Positions 53,194-64,000 of a stretch of 64,000 nucleotides of DNA are shown here, piece after piece. Numbering within the stretch: the stretch's first letter is position 1; each line of letters starts with the position of its first letter. The notes beneath the pieces were generated by a model. It had not been told where the DNA came from. It was given only the letters and a program-made list of their open reading frames with translations, and did no database searches. This DNA comes from Felis catus. Its lineage: Eukaryota. The position numbers and the translations under genes are program-made. Location: contig NC_058373.1 in NCBI RefSeq assembly GCF_018350175.1, positions 102,240,001 to 102,304,000 of the forward strand, read 5' to 3'.

Positions 53194-55603
53194 CATTCTA
53201 AGAGTTACCTGTCTTCATATGTCATTTAATTGGGGCAATTTATTCTTTTTTTTTTTAAAGATTTTTTTTTAAGTGACCTCTGCACGCAACATGGGGCTCA
53301 AACTCACAACCCTGAGATCAAGAGTCGCACACTCCACTGGCCGAGCCAGCTAGGCATGGGCCAATTTATTCTTGATAATGCATAATGGACTCAGTGGAAA
53401 AGGAATATGTAGCAATATTAATACTGCATTAGAGTCTCCCAAAGTTTCCTATGCTTGCTAAAATAAGAAAATAGTATTTTAACCTCTGTGCGTTTCCATA
53501 AAAACCAGAAGATACTGCAAGGAAATCATTCTCCCGTTCTCTTACTTAAGGAAATATATATTCAGAAAATAAGAAAAAAAGAAAAAGTTTAGGTTTTTTT
53601 TTTTTTTTTTTACTGTTAGCATTCTGGTGTATTTCTTTTCATTCCTATTTTCTCTTTCTAAACTATACTTAGCTGTTTTCAAATATAGCTGTTTTGAAAC
53701 CTTGCTGTAAGTTCTCTTGGTTTTTAGGAAATATATTTATAAAGGAAAAAAGCTCTTAATTGATCTATAATAAGCTTGAGAATTAATAGTTCCCATTGCC
53801 AACATTCTCAACCATGCCTTTCTGCCCTTCCTCATTATCAGCAAGCCCAAAGATTAACACAATTTCAAAACTAGGATGTAGTCATAGCACTTCAAAAGAT
53901 CAAAATATTGTTTGGTCTATTGTTTCTATACTACCACCTCCTAGATATTTTATTATTACAAGGTGGGTTCCTCAGGAAGCAGAGATTAGAACACAATAGG
54001 TTTATGGCGGAGAATCTCACAATTAACAACTCGGGATGAGAAAGCACACAACTGGGCAGAGCAAGAAGTTGGGCATCAATGCCTCAGCCCACCCTGCAGG
54101 GGTTCTGAAGCTGGGATGATCCTTTGGAGCTGTCAAGAGGACACTTTGATGAGTAAATACAAGCCATCTGAGAAACAGTATGATCTTGGGTGAAGTGGCT
54201 GTCTTCACCTGAGGTAGTTTTCACACAGGGATGGTACCTGAAGCCTGTTTAGAAACACTTCTAGCAATTAAAGGAAAAAAATCTTTCCATCCTAAAGAGG
54301 GATGTGAGCAGCACATCACATCTTATTTGGAAAACTATGTTGGGGCACCTGGGTGGCTCAGTCAGTTAAGCATCCAACTCGATTTTGGCTCAGGTCATGA
54401 TCTCACAGTTCATGAGTTCGAGCCCCTACATCGGGCTCTACACTGATAGCATGGAGCCTGCTTGGAATTCTCTCTCTCTCCCCCCCCCCTCTCTGCCCCT
54501 CCCATGCGTTCTCTCTCAAAACAAACTTTAAAAAATAATTAAAAAAAAGAAAACTATGTTAATTCCTTACTCTAACATTCTGATCTTGACTATTCCACAG
54601 CTATGATTAAGTGGAAAAACTTGCTAAGTGGAAAAGCTATGGAAAAAAGAAGGGACTTGGTTTACACAAAATTACTGAAGTCCTGAGCCTTGGTTCCTTT
54701 GTCTATAAAATGGTAATACAATACGTCTTTTGTAGGGTTACTGTGATTGTTGAATAAATATTGTTTGCAAAGGGGTTGTTATATAGTGGTAGGTCCTCAA
54801 TAAATGGAAATTCCTTTTTTTTTTTCATTTTTGGAAAGATGTTTGTTCTAACCAGCTATATTCCTTCATTGTAACTTTAAAGATTTGCCTAATACCTCAT
54901 AATTCTAGAGTCCAATAGACCAAGAACACTGTCTAGTTGTAGGGCAAATTGATGCCTGCTACCCATCCATTCCCTGCTTCCTTAACCGACTGCGCCACCC
55001 AGGCGCCCCTCCCTGCTTCCTAATAGTCACAGTTTTATTCAGGTATAATCCTAGATAAAATAGGGAATCCTGATTAGGTAAAGACAATCCCTGGCTAAAC
55101 TGCAAACGGAGATGTGGCATTAGATGGCCTAACCAGACTAAAGGAAAGAATATACATATTCTGATTACAACTGGCAGCCATTTTGTGACCCCAAAAGGAC
55201 TCAGCCAAAGATAAGCTGACACCAAGGATAACAGAATGAACTATGTATGAATAGAATGTTTGACTATCATTGAGTTGTTGATTGCAAAGTGTCTGGAATC
55301 ACCCTGACAACTCATGAAAATAATAAACTTGCTTGTTGGGGTTCCTGGGTGGCTCAGTTTATTAAGCATCTGACTCTTGATTTCGGCTCAGGTCATGATC
55401 TCACAGCTATGAAATCAAGCCCCGCATTGGGCTCCACACTGGGCGTGGAGCCTGCTTAAGATTCTCTCTCTCTCTCTCTCTCTCTCTGAAATAAACATTT
55501 AAAAATAAGTAAACCTCCTTGTTATTAAATTGGTTTGAGTTCATTTTACTATTACTAAACAGCCAAAAGTTCTCTGAACAATAGTACATCTTACTAAATC
55601 TAC

Positions 55604-55634
<31 letters not shown>

Positions 55635-56837
55635 GTTTACTGCCATTGTTTTTATTCTCATCTGCTTCATCTTTGAGGGCAAATTATTTTATTGTTATGT
55701 TGCATATTGCTTTATATAGATTCTAAGTCTTTGGGTTACCTTGCACCAACCTCTTTTGCATGCTTATATGCCTGGGCCCTTAGAACATGTTTCTTTGTTC
55801 TGCATGTCTTGCTTGAATTATTCATTAACTGGCTATTGGAACCGCTTTTCTCTTTGGTAAGACTAGGCATTCTAAGGACATTCTTCTAAGCCAACACCTC
55901 ACATAGCCTAACTGTTCATATGAACTTGATAATAAATACTATCTTTCCCACAAGCCTAACATACCTTTCTCTGATAACAGAAGTGGATGTGTTTCTTTTC
56001 TTTTTGAAAACCCCTAATATTACAAGTTTATCTATAAAGTTGCTGCTTGTTTGGCTAATGCCTCCAATCCTAACTTATTTAGAGGCAGAAATAACTGGAA
56101 CCAGGTCTGATTACAAGCTTTAGCTACTATGACTCTTCTTGGTACTCTGTTATTCTCATGGTCCTGTTGTCTACAATCCTATAATGAAGAGTTTTATAAA
56201 AGAGAAAATATTTCAAACACATTAAGTGATTGATATAATTTTCTTCAAGGGAAGAAGGCATCTCCTTAGGTTGTCAGTCACATCAAGGGGAAAATGAAAA
56301 CAAAAAGGGAAAGATTTAATGAGCCCCTCTAATAGTTTAAGCATTTGAAACTGCAGCATGTAAACTGACTTTAGATTCCAGAAAGCTCATTTAAAGAAAC
56401 ACAGTACACCCTGGAAAATGCAATATGCAAAGCTGTTTAACATCAATTTTTTTTTTTTAACGTTTATTTATTTTTGAGACAGAGAGAGACAGAGCATGAA
56501 TGGGGGAGGGTCAGAGAGAGGGAGACACAGAATCTGAAACAGGCTCCTGGCTCTGAGCTGTTAGCACATAGCCCGACGCGGGGCTCGAACTCACAGACCG
56601 CGAGATCATGACCTGAGTCAAAGTCGGATGCTTAACCAACTGAGCCACCCAGGCGCCCCTGACATCAACAAATTTAAGAGTCCAAACTAAAAATAAAGTA
56701 TAAAAAGATGCAAATATTTCTGTCAAAGTTTAATATTATATTTTGATTAAACTGAAGAATGTTCATAAGCTCTATGTTAGTACACTTAGCTTTAAGCTTA
56801 TACATTTTAAACAAGAGAGGCGAGGTGATGTACATTT

Positions 56838-56843
56838 TTTATT
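56838..56843 (-). terminator. DLGAP5: Candidate DLGAP5 polyadenylation signal AATAAA
   Basis: tttatt on + (AATAAA on -) about 220 nt past the stop; ATTAAA variants also occur nearby (e.g. 56729-56734). Confidence 0.6.
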
Positions 56844-57061
56844 CTGCATAGTTAATGTACAAAATATTCCCACTTCCCTTGAAAAACACTATAGTATCTA
56901 AAACAAACTTTGATGAACACTGAATGTTAAAACATTTTATGACACTATATAAATTGAATAGAAGTGAACACAAATACATACTCTTTAATTTTTCAAAATG
57001 CTAAGAATATATCACAGCACTGATAATATGAAAAAAAAAACATTTGGATTCATTTTTAAAT

Positions 57062-57202
57062 TCAAAATTCTTCTGGATGTTCTTCACTGAGGGGCCTTAG
57101 AGGTGAAAAGGTAATCAAGTTACCACCAAAGGAAATGTGTCTGCCATGATCTGGATGTCTCCTCTCCACCTGAGTGAATGTATTACCACAGTTTAGGCCT
57201 GG
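57062..57202 (-). CDS. DLGAP5: DLGAP5 last exon, coding part to TGA
   Basis: ctccag|CCAGGCCTAAAC...; PGLNCGNTFTQVERRHPDHGRHISFGGNLITFSPLRPLSEEHPEEF*. Confidence 0.93.
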   Translation of the reverse strand, partial: PGLNCGNTFTQVERRHPDHGRHISFGGNLITFSPLRPLSEEHPEEF

Positions 57203-59365
57203 CTGGAGAATAAATTCAGAGAAGTCACTACATCACGTCTTTCACCAATTAAGTCTTCAACAATGCAATTTAATAGGTTAATAACATAAATAACACGTTT
57301 TGTATATAATAATACAATTATTACTAGCACAATGAATTTGCTACTTTCCAGTAGATCTAATTTCAATATATACTTTTTTAATTGAAAAGGTATATCAGGT
57401 ATATATGCCTTAAAGGTGACTAGTAATATGTAAATGTACTTCAGCAGTATATGTAGGATGAATAAAATTAAGGCCATATCTTAAGCCACTTACACAGATT
57501 CCACAAGTCCTAATCCACATAACTATACTTAATAGGCTTTTTACTAATGTGATCCTGCTAGAATCTGTTTCTTTTGTTCCCCCTTGAGCCCTATTTCAGG
57601 TTCAAGTGATGCTACAGACTAATAATCTGGGTCTATAATAGATAGGTGGACCTATAAAAATATAAAATAAAAAAAGTCTAAGTTCTAATATTTACAAAAG
57701 TGGAAAAGAATTCACAGGGAGACTAAATTCTAAAGTACTAAGATTTGGGGCGCCTGGGTGGCTCAGTCGGTTAAGCACCCGACTCTGGCTCAGGTCATGA
57801 TCTCACGGTCTGTGAGTTCGAGCCCCGCGTGGAGTCTGTGTTGACAGCTCAGAGCCTGGAGCCTGTTTCAGATTCTGTGTCTCCCTCTTTCTCTCTCCTC
57901 CCCCGCTCATGCTCTCTCTCTCTTCTCAAAAATAAACAAACGTTAAAAAAAAAATAAAAAATAAAGTACTAAGATTTATCAACAAGATAATATAGAAGAT
58001 AGATAACTGTGAAGCACTTTTAATCATAGTATTAGTACAAAATGAAATATTATGATACATTAATTTCCAGATTTAATTATAATATCATATATGTCAGAAC
58101 CAAGCATTCGGAGTTCATATCTGGGAACAGGATTATATCAGATTTGTATAAATTGGCCTTATGCTGAAATCCCTGACTCTAAGATCAAGAAAGCACCGAG
58201 TATGGGCCATAATGATACACTTCATTCTGCTGAGACGCAAGGCGGCACAGAAGCCTGAACATAAAGAGGGCATCTTTGAAAATAATGAAGGCCAACATAT
58301 ACAGAAGTCCTTAAGGAATTAGGGGCTTAAGGAAGCCAAGTATTTGCCAGGCTTCATGAGGTTAACAAAATTATTGTTCTTTTATCCTACATTTGCCTTA
58401 ATGAATTTTTTATATTCTGAGATCAAAGATTAGCAAACCAAGACCATTTCCTGACCTATTTTAGCAGCTGGCCCTGGAAAATTTCAAGGTAAGGCTATAA
58501 ACCAGGGTTGTCAACCTGGCTACACATTAGAATCACCTGATAATGGTCCTACTCCAGACTGTTGGAATAAAAATATCTGGGGGTAGGGCTGAAAACCAGT
58601 GCCGTAAACACTTAGTAAGCAAGAAAGCACTCTTTCATTCATGCCAGTGACAGCATCATGAACATGAATCAGACAGCTCTGCCTAAAGAGGAATTTACAG
58701 TTCATAAGGGAAATAGATTCCCAAAATTATAATCCATTTCAGGAATATAATATATTCATATTACACTATTAATAAGAGATTAAATGTGTGCATTGTACAC
58801 CTATATCTATATATATAAATCAACAGGGGAGAGATGAGAGCTTTTCTAGGAAGGCTTCACAGAAGGGTCAAGGTTTAAACTAGATACAGAGGCAAGAGGT
58901 CAGCAAAAGTAAAGGCTGGGGAGCCTCTAAACAGAATATGACATAAATATATTAATCTAAAAGAATTAAAATGAAAATAACCAATGATAACTGAAGGTAG
59001 GATAGACATTATCTTCCCAACTGTACATTTCTAAAGGCAGAAACCTTGCCTTATTTTTTCTTGCATCACTTAGAAACACCCAGCATAAGCCAAGCTACAT
59101 ATTAGATATATAAGTATTAAGCCAGTTTGTCATAACAAATTTGAAACATAAATGTTTTGGGAAATAAATCTTCAGAATTTAGTATTAGAATATGCTATAT
59201 TTTAAAGTATATAAACATGGATAACAAATGGATTTCACAGTACATGCAACAAAAACGTGGAAATTTTAAACCAACTTTGCACATATACTGAAAAGTGAGT
59301 AGTACCATTTTATAAAACAAATCTAGAATATAAAGGAATTTTTCAAATTAAGTTGGAAAACTTAC

Positions 59366-59415
59366 CGAATCAAGAAGATGGCATTCAGTAGTGAGACTTT
59401 TAGTATCAAACAGTA
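59366..59415 (-). CDS. DLGAP5: DLGAP5 penultimate exon (50 nt)
   Basis: tttcag|TACTGTTTGAT...CTTGATTCG|gtaagt; (V)LFDTKSLTTECHLLDS. Confidence 0.92.
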
Positions 59416-59889
59416 CTGAAAAACAAAAAATAATTTTTAACTTTTAAAGAATATCCTCACCGTCAAGGGTTAGAAATGGACAACACCTGAAAAAGACAAA
59501 AAGTTCCATATATGAAATGCTATAACAAAAACATAGGCCATCTTATGCTGTGGCATTTTTTTTTCCTTAATGTTTATTTAATTTTGAGAGAGAGAGACAG
59601 AACTTGAGCAGGGGAATGGCAGACAGAAAGGGAGACACAGAATCTGAAGCAGGCTCCAGGCTCTAAGCTGTCAGCACAGAGACCAACGCAGGCTCGAAAC
59701 CACGAACCATGAGATCATGACCTGAGCTGAAGTCCGATGCTTAACCGACTGAGCCACCCAGGTGCCCCAGTGCTATGGCATTTTTAAAAATGTACTTGAA
59801 TTTTTTAGTAAAATTCTTATCCTTAAATTCAGTATAAAGAGTCTTCTACAAACAAATCTCACGTTTGTGATATTAAAGGTACCACTGGG

Positions 59890-60040
59890 CATCCAGGTTG
59901 GTGAATATCTGGAGATTTGGGGAGAGTGGTGCATTTGGAGGGTATAGAAGCTTTGTACCCTTTCCCCATACCTTGCCCTATGCATCTCTTTCACATGGCT
60001 ATTCCTGAGTTACATCCTTTTATAATAAACAGGTAATAAA
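59890..60040 (+). mobile_element. MER21-like LTR fragment
   Basis: ttccccataccttgccctatgcatctctttc...atccttttataataaac. Confidence 0.6.
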
Positions 60041-60647
60041 CCAAAGTTTAGGGGATTAAAAAAAACAAGGTACCTGAAAGATGCTAGCTGGAGTACATTA
60101 AATGTCTGGCCAAGGTTACGTTTATTTTGCTTTAGGCCCCAGCCAGAAAAACACCATTGAGTAGCAGATGAAAACAGCAGGTGAAACTATCGCACATTAT
60201 ACTATAACAAAAATACAAGAGCCATTTCGTATTGCAGAACAATCATAACAAAGTAGATAGGAAAAAGGCAATATGGAAGAAAAATAGGGCATTCTGAAGA
60301 AAGGTTTGAGGATGTGCGTTGAAAAGGACGTGAAGTAAAAAAATAATAAACTTCAGGGAATTTCTCTGAGTCTGCATAAACAATGAAGACTGCAAATAGG
60401 TCTGATGCAAAATGCTACTTAGTTCCAACATGGATTAGTTTTTAATAGGTCTACTTCAAAAGGTTTGAGGTGTAGAGTGGGATTCTACAACACATACTAA
60501 TTCTCATAAGGTATTTACTATGAATGTCCAGTTTTTCAACACTTATTCTTAGAAACTGGTACCCTGAAGTATTTACGATAATCTGTGTATTAGTCCAAAT
60601 TCATTTATTTAACAAAGTGTCATCTAAATATATTTAAAAGACCTCAC

Positions 60648-60894
60648 CTGACTGAGAAATTTTAGTTTCCTCTTCCTGTAAGATATTATTTTGTGATGCT
60701 GTATTTTTTTCAGGGCTGCTCATTAAAACATCCTGTGCTGTAACTGAAGAATTTAGTTCCATTCCTTCCACATCATCTGAAATTTCTTCCTTTTTGTTAT
60801 CATTAATATCATCTCTCACTTCACCAGCAGGTAGAGGCAAACTCATTCTTTCACTGGGTAAACGATCCATCTCAAAGCTTATCTTGTTTGTACC
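60648..60894 (-). CDS. DLGAP5: DLGAP5 internal exon (247 nt)
   Basis: ttccag|GGTACAAAC...CAGTCAG|gtgagg; GTNKISFEMDRLPSERMSLPLPAGEV...DVLMSSPEKNTASQNNILQEEETKISQS, resembling the HURP C-terminal region. Confidence 0.93.
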
Positions 60895-61124
60895 CTGGAA
60901 GTAAAAAAACACTTTTACATTTAATTACCAAAAATTGGAACAAATAGAAAAAGTTTTGCTGCTATTCAAAATAAAAACAGAAGAATGACACTTGGAACAT
61001 AGGCTAAAGAACATTGTAAATCCCACTATGTTGCTTCTTGAACAATTAGTTCAAAGAATATTATAGCAACAGTATGATTGAAGGAAACTTTCTCAGCAAG
61101 TGTCTATGATACTCCAATTTAGTG

Positions 61125-61285
61125 ACTGGCAAACATTTTTTTGTGCAGGGCCAGATGATAAGTATGTTAGGCTTTGTGAACCACAGAATCTCTGCCACAA
61201 CTACTCAACTCTACCGCTGTACTGTGAAAGTAGCCAGATATAATATGTAAGTGTGGTTGGGTTATAATAAAACTTTATTTACAAT
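61125..61285. mobile_element. MER58-like hAT element in a DLGAP5 intron
   Basis: ggcaaacatttttttgtgcagggccagatgataagtatgttaggctttgtg...acaactactcaactct...aataaaactttatttacaa. Confidence 0.7.
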
Positions 61286-61482
61286 AATAATTTTGATGGC
61301 AGTTAAAGAACACAAAATGGCACTATAGTTTCAAACAAGCCAAAGGTCTTTAAAACAAGAATTATCATTTTATATGACTGATTTAGATTTAGATTTCCAG
61401 AATGGAAATTCTGGGAGTGGTTTACGGAGTTACTATACATAATGACATAAACTGCTATCTACTACACTGGAATCGAACTTAC

Positions 61483-61534
61483 ATAATTTACTTCGATTAA
61501 ATCTTGTAATCCAGGACACGGAGTATCTTCTATG
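61483..61534 (-). CDS. DLGAP5: DLGAP5 internal exon (52 nt)
   Basis: gaacag|CATAGAAGAT...GTAAATTAT|gtaagt; (S)IEDTPCPGLQDLIEVNY. Confidence 0.88.
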
Positions 61535-63267
61535 CTGTTCCAAAAAAAAGAAAAAAGCAGCACTGTAATCAGATAATTAAACACACTGCTATCTTTTTAC
61601 TTGTGTTTTGATATTGTCCCTCATGAGTCAAAGATGGATCCGGTCCAAGATCAGACCTGGTCCAAATAGGCTAGTTGTGGACCACAGCTACAAGCAGGAT
61701 GGCCACAAAAACCAGAAAGCTCACAGCCAGTTACCATGCTGTTCAGTCCACCAGCAATCTTTTGAACCTCAGTCAAATCCAGAGCTATACACATACTAGA
61801 GAAAGGTTAGAATAAAGCCAACTCCCGGGAGTGTGGAAGCAACGACTCAGTTACCTATAGCTGGAGTTGGCTACATTCACTTGTTCACTACAGCATAATA
61901 TATTCCAATCTCAAAGTTCATAACTTGTATTCATTAGAAATATCTGTCTCAACCTCTTGCAAGTCATTTTTAAAAAAAAAATCCTATTTTTCCAGTTTTC
62001 AACTTCATGTTGCCTTCACCTCACAAAGTTGTTTATGTGTAAGTTGCTCTTTCAGGATTATTTTTGGGAATTAAGTAAAAGATTTTTTAAAGAGTACTTG
62101 TATTATCACTTAAATACAATTATGGACCTTTTCAGCACAAGATTAAACTAGAGATATATAAAGCAAAGTAACTTGCATTTAAGAAATGACAATAAATTGG
62201 TATTTTATAACCCAGATTTCTAGAATATTTAGTTCCCACAAAGGTTAAATATACCTTGGTTTATACTAAAAATTAGAAATCTTAAAATATGTTCCATGAA
62301 ATATTTAAGAGCAAAAACTTTCATTTGTTTCCTCTACTTCAATTCGTAGGTGTTCTTTATTTTACTTTTTTGACAGCCTTCTCTGCTGTGATGGCTAAGT
62401 ATTCAATGCTATCCCGTCTCCAGATTAATAATAAATCCAATAGTCCTCTCTTGGCTCCAGATGATAATTTTATTTCCTACTTACCTTAAAGTATCTTTTT
62501 TTCCTATCAGATTTCTGGTATCTTTATGTTCCACCAACAAGGACTATATAGATAATTTTGATGCATTTGTAGCAGAAAGAATACAAGGAGCATCCAATTT
62601 TACCAATTATAAGCTGAATTTGGGTAAGTTACTAACTTTTCAAGTTACTAACTTGAAAAATGGAGATCTAATACCTCACAGGGTTGTTTTGAGAATTAAA
62701 TGAGATAATACATGTTAATAACCTAGAACCATGTCTAGCCCATAATTCTTCAGTACACATTAGCTCTCCCTTATTTATGCTCTGTTATCTGTCAAGAGAG
62801 CAATCTCAAGGTACTTTCTATAGAAAGTACAAAAGTGCCTACCTCTCAAGGACCCTGTAGGGAGGCATCAAACACTGCTGTTTTGTAAATGATGAAAATG
62901 AAGCTAAGTGAGTTAACTTATCCCGAAGTTTCACAGCTAGTATGTATGCAATAGAGCTGGTTTTGAGCTCAGATTTATCAAGCACCAAAGCCACAATGTG
63001 TTTAACACCAAAGGACACTGTATTGTTTCCTTTCTTCTTAGTTCTGCAGAATTTATTCTGCCCATCTAAATATAACCAATTACCGATCAGAAATTGTAAG
63101 CCTTAGTTCCCTCATTTAGGAAACAGAAGTATTTTCTATATGTCACAGGGTCATTGTGAAATCTAATAAAAAATACAGGTCTTGCATATTTTACCAGGTT
63201 AACAATCTGAAATGATATTTAATGTCAGCATCTGTTATAGTCTAGATAATAACACATGAAGGAATAC

Positions 63268-63460
63268 CTGTTTTTAGGAATAGTTGAAAGCAAAGTCTCC
63301 TTATCAACATGTCCACATGTGGTACTTGAAGGATCAGGATTCTGTGGTGACACAGTTTGTCTCAGAACGCCCATCTTAGACCTGTTCTCAGACACAGCTT
63401 TGCTGACAGACTTAGGTGTCCTAAGTCTTTGAGAAAGACGTTCAGAAGAGATAGAAAGTC
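63268..63460 (-). CDS. DLGAP5: DLGAP5 (HURP) internal exon, fifth from last
   Basis: Minus strand ttctag|GACTTTCT...AAAAACAG|gtattc; LSISSERLSQRLRTPKSVSKAVSENRSKMGVLRQTVSPQNPDPSSTTCGHVDKETLLSTIPKN; 193 nt, frame joins the next exon. Confidence 0.9.
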
Positions 63461-64000
63461 CTAGAAGATGAAAGAAATCATCTCAATACCAAAAAGTTCC
63501 TTCATTCACTTTTCATTACAACAAGGAAGACAGTGCAAGTTCTTCCTATTACCCTACCAACTAGCCTCCTTCTCCAGTAAAATGTCTGTTAAAGACAAAT
63601 GCCTGGGACTTTCAGTTAAAGATAGTACTGAACACACACATTAGATTCTGTTTCTTCTTGACATCCCACTACTTGACGCAGTAACAGAGATCATCTTAAA
63701 AGGCAGAATGTCACAAGGACAAAGAATCTTTTTTTTTTTTTTTTAAACTCAGTGGCTTTTTAAACCTGAAATACAATTTTCCAGGACAAAGGGAACTAAA
63801 AGAGAGACAACAATAGTCAGAAAAATTCAGAAGCTGTAATGTAGATGAGTGAGTAGGATATTACTTACTAGACCCAAGAAAATAAATCCTAAGTCACAGT
63901 CAGGAAACAGGAGAATCAACCCAATTTATACCATAACACCCCTCAAAACAACTGGTGGCCTCAAGTATCTCTGAAAGCAGAGATGAAAATGGAGCTACAA

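Larger units (their letters stand above)
1..59768. mobile_element. About 40 Can-SINE (SINEC) copies. Approximate positions: 1-185+, 330-535-, 1598-1820-, 3811-3995+, 9950-10180+, 11816-11916+, 12449-12672+, 12912-13126-, 19079-19195+, 19202-19411-, 20133-20350+, 21235-21446-, 21602-21760+, 23314-23528+, 26741-26980-, 27935-28197-, 28203-28403-, 28437-28650+, 32702-32895+, 32926-33137+, 34764-34978+, 37180-37494- (two), 39519-39737-, 40196-40425+, 46546-46763-, 47147-47365+, 49469-49670+, 50430-50520-, 50710-51265+ (three), 52003-52227-, 53246-53357-, 54342-54552+, 55338-55510+, 56446-56659-, 57747-57965+, 59556-59768-
   Basis: tRNA-derived head GGGGCGCCTGGGTGGCTCAGTCGGTTAAG, (CT)n tract and A-rich tail; many copies have TSDs. 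Confidence 0.95.
11080..63010. mobile_element. Dispersed MIR remnants (approx. 11080-11260, 15940-16170, 23640-23820, 29880-29960 continuing at 33190-33290, 38990-39180, 44720-44900, 54660-54810, 62610-62770, 62850-63010)
   Basis: MIR core motifs such as gcctcagtttccttattagcaaaatgg and ccccattttacagatga. Confidence 0.65.

Noticed and set aside
347..56726. Many 60-130 aa ORFs containing GAWVAQSV / SGHDL / ERERER
   Set aside because: Translations of Can-SINEs and microsatellites.
62479..62545. Consensus donor AAG|GTAAGT on the minus strand in a DLGAP5 intron (possible cryptic exon)
   Set aside because: No convincing upstream acceptor, and the flanking exons already join in frame.

Overview
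Mammalian genomic DNA from a carnivore, most likely a felid, judged from dense Can-SINEs of the SINEC_Fc type and carnivore-type L1s. Bases 1-35000 are repeat-rich and contain no host gene I can support. A CpG island at about 35500-36470 holds the promoter and non-coding exon 1 of LGALS3 (galectin-3, + strand). Its five coding exons lie at 42246-53063 and give a 278-aa protein with an expanded PGAYPGQAP repeat. The last five coding exons of DLGAP5 (HURP) lie on the - strand at 63460-57062, convergent with LGALS3 as in human. Main hunt results: (1) both alternative frames of LGALS3 exon 3 are open and match my recollection of the human GALIG proteins mitogaligin and cytogaligin, including their spliced C-termini; (2) a 5'-half tRNA-Gln(CTG) retrocopy with a perfect 18-bp target-site duplication (TSD) is hidden inside an L1; (3) several other tailless, internally primed retro-insertions occur; (4) a ~130-bp direct repeat brackets the symmetric exon 3. 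Comparisons with human proteins and repeat-family names come from memory, not from a database search.
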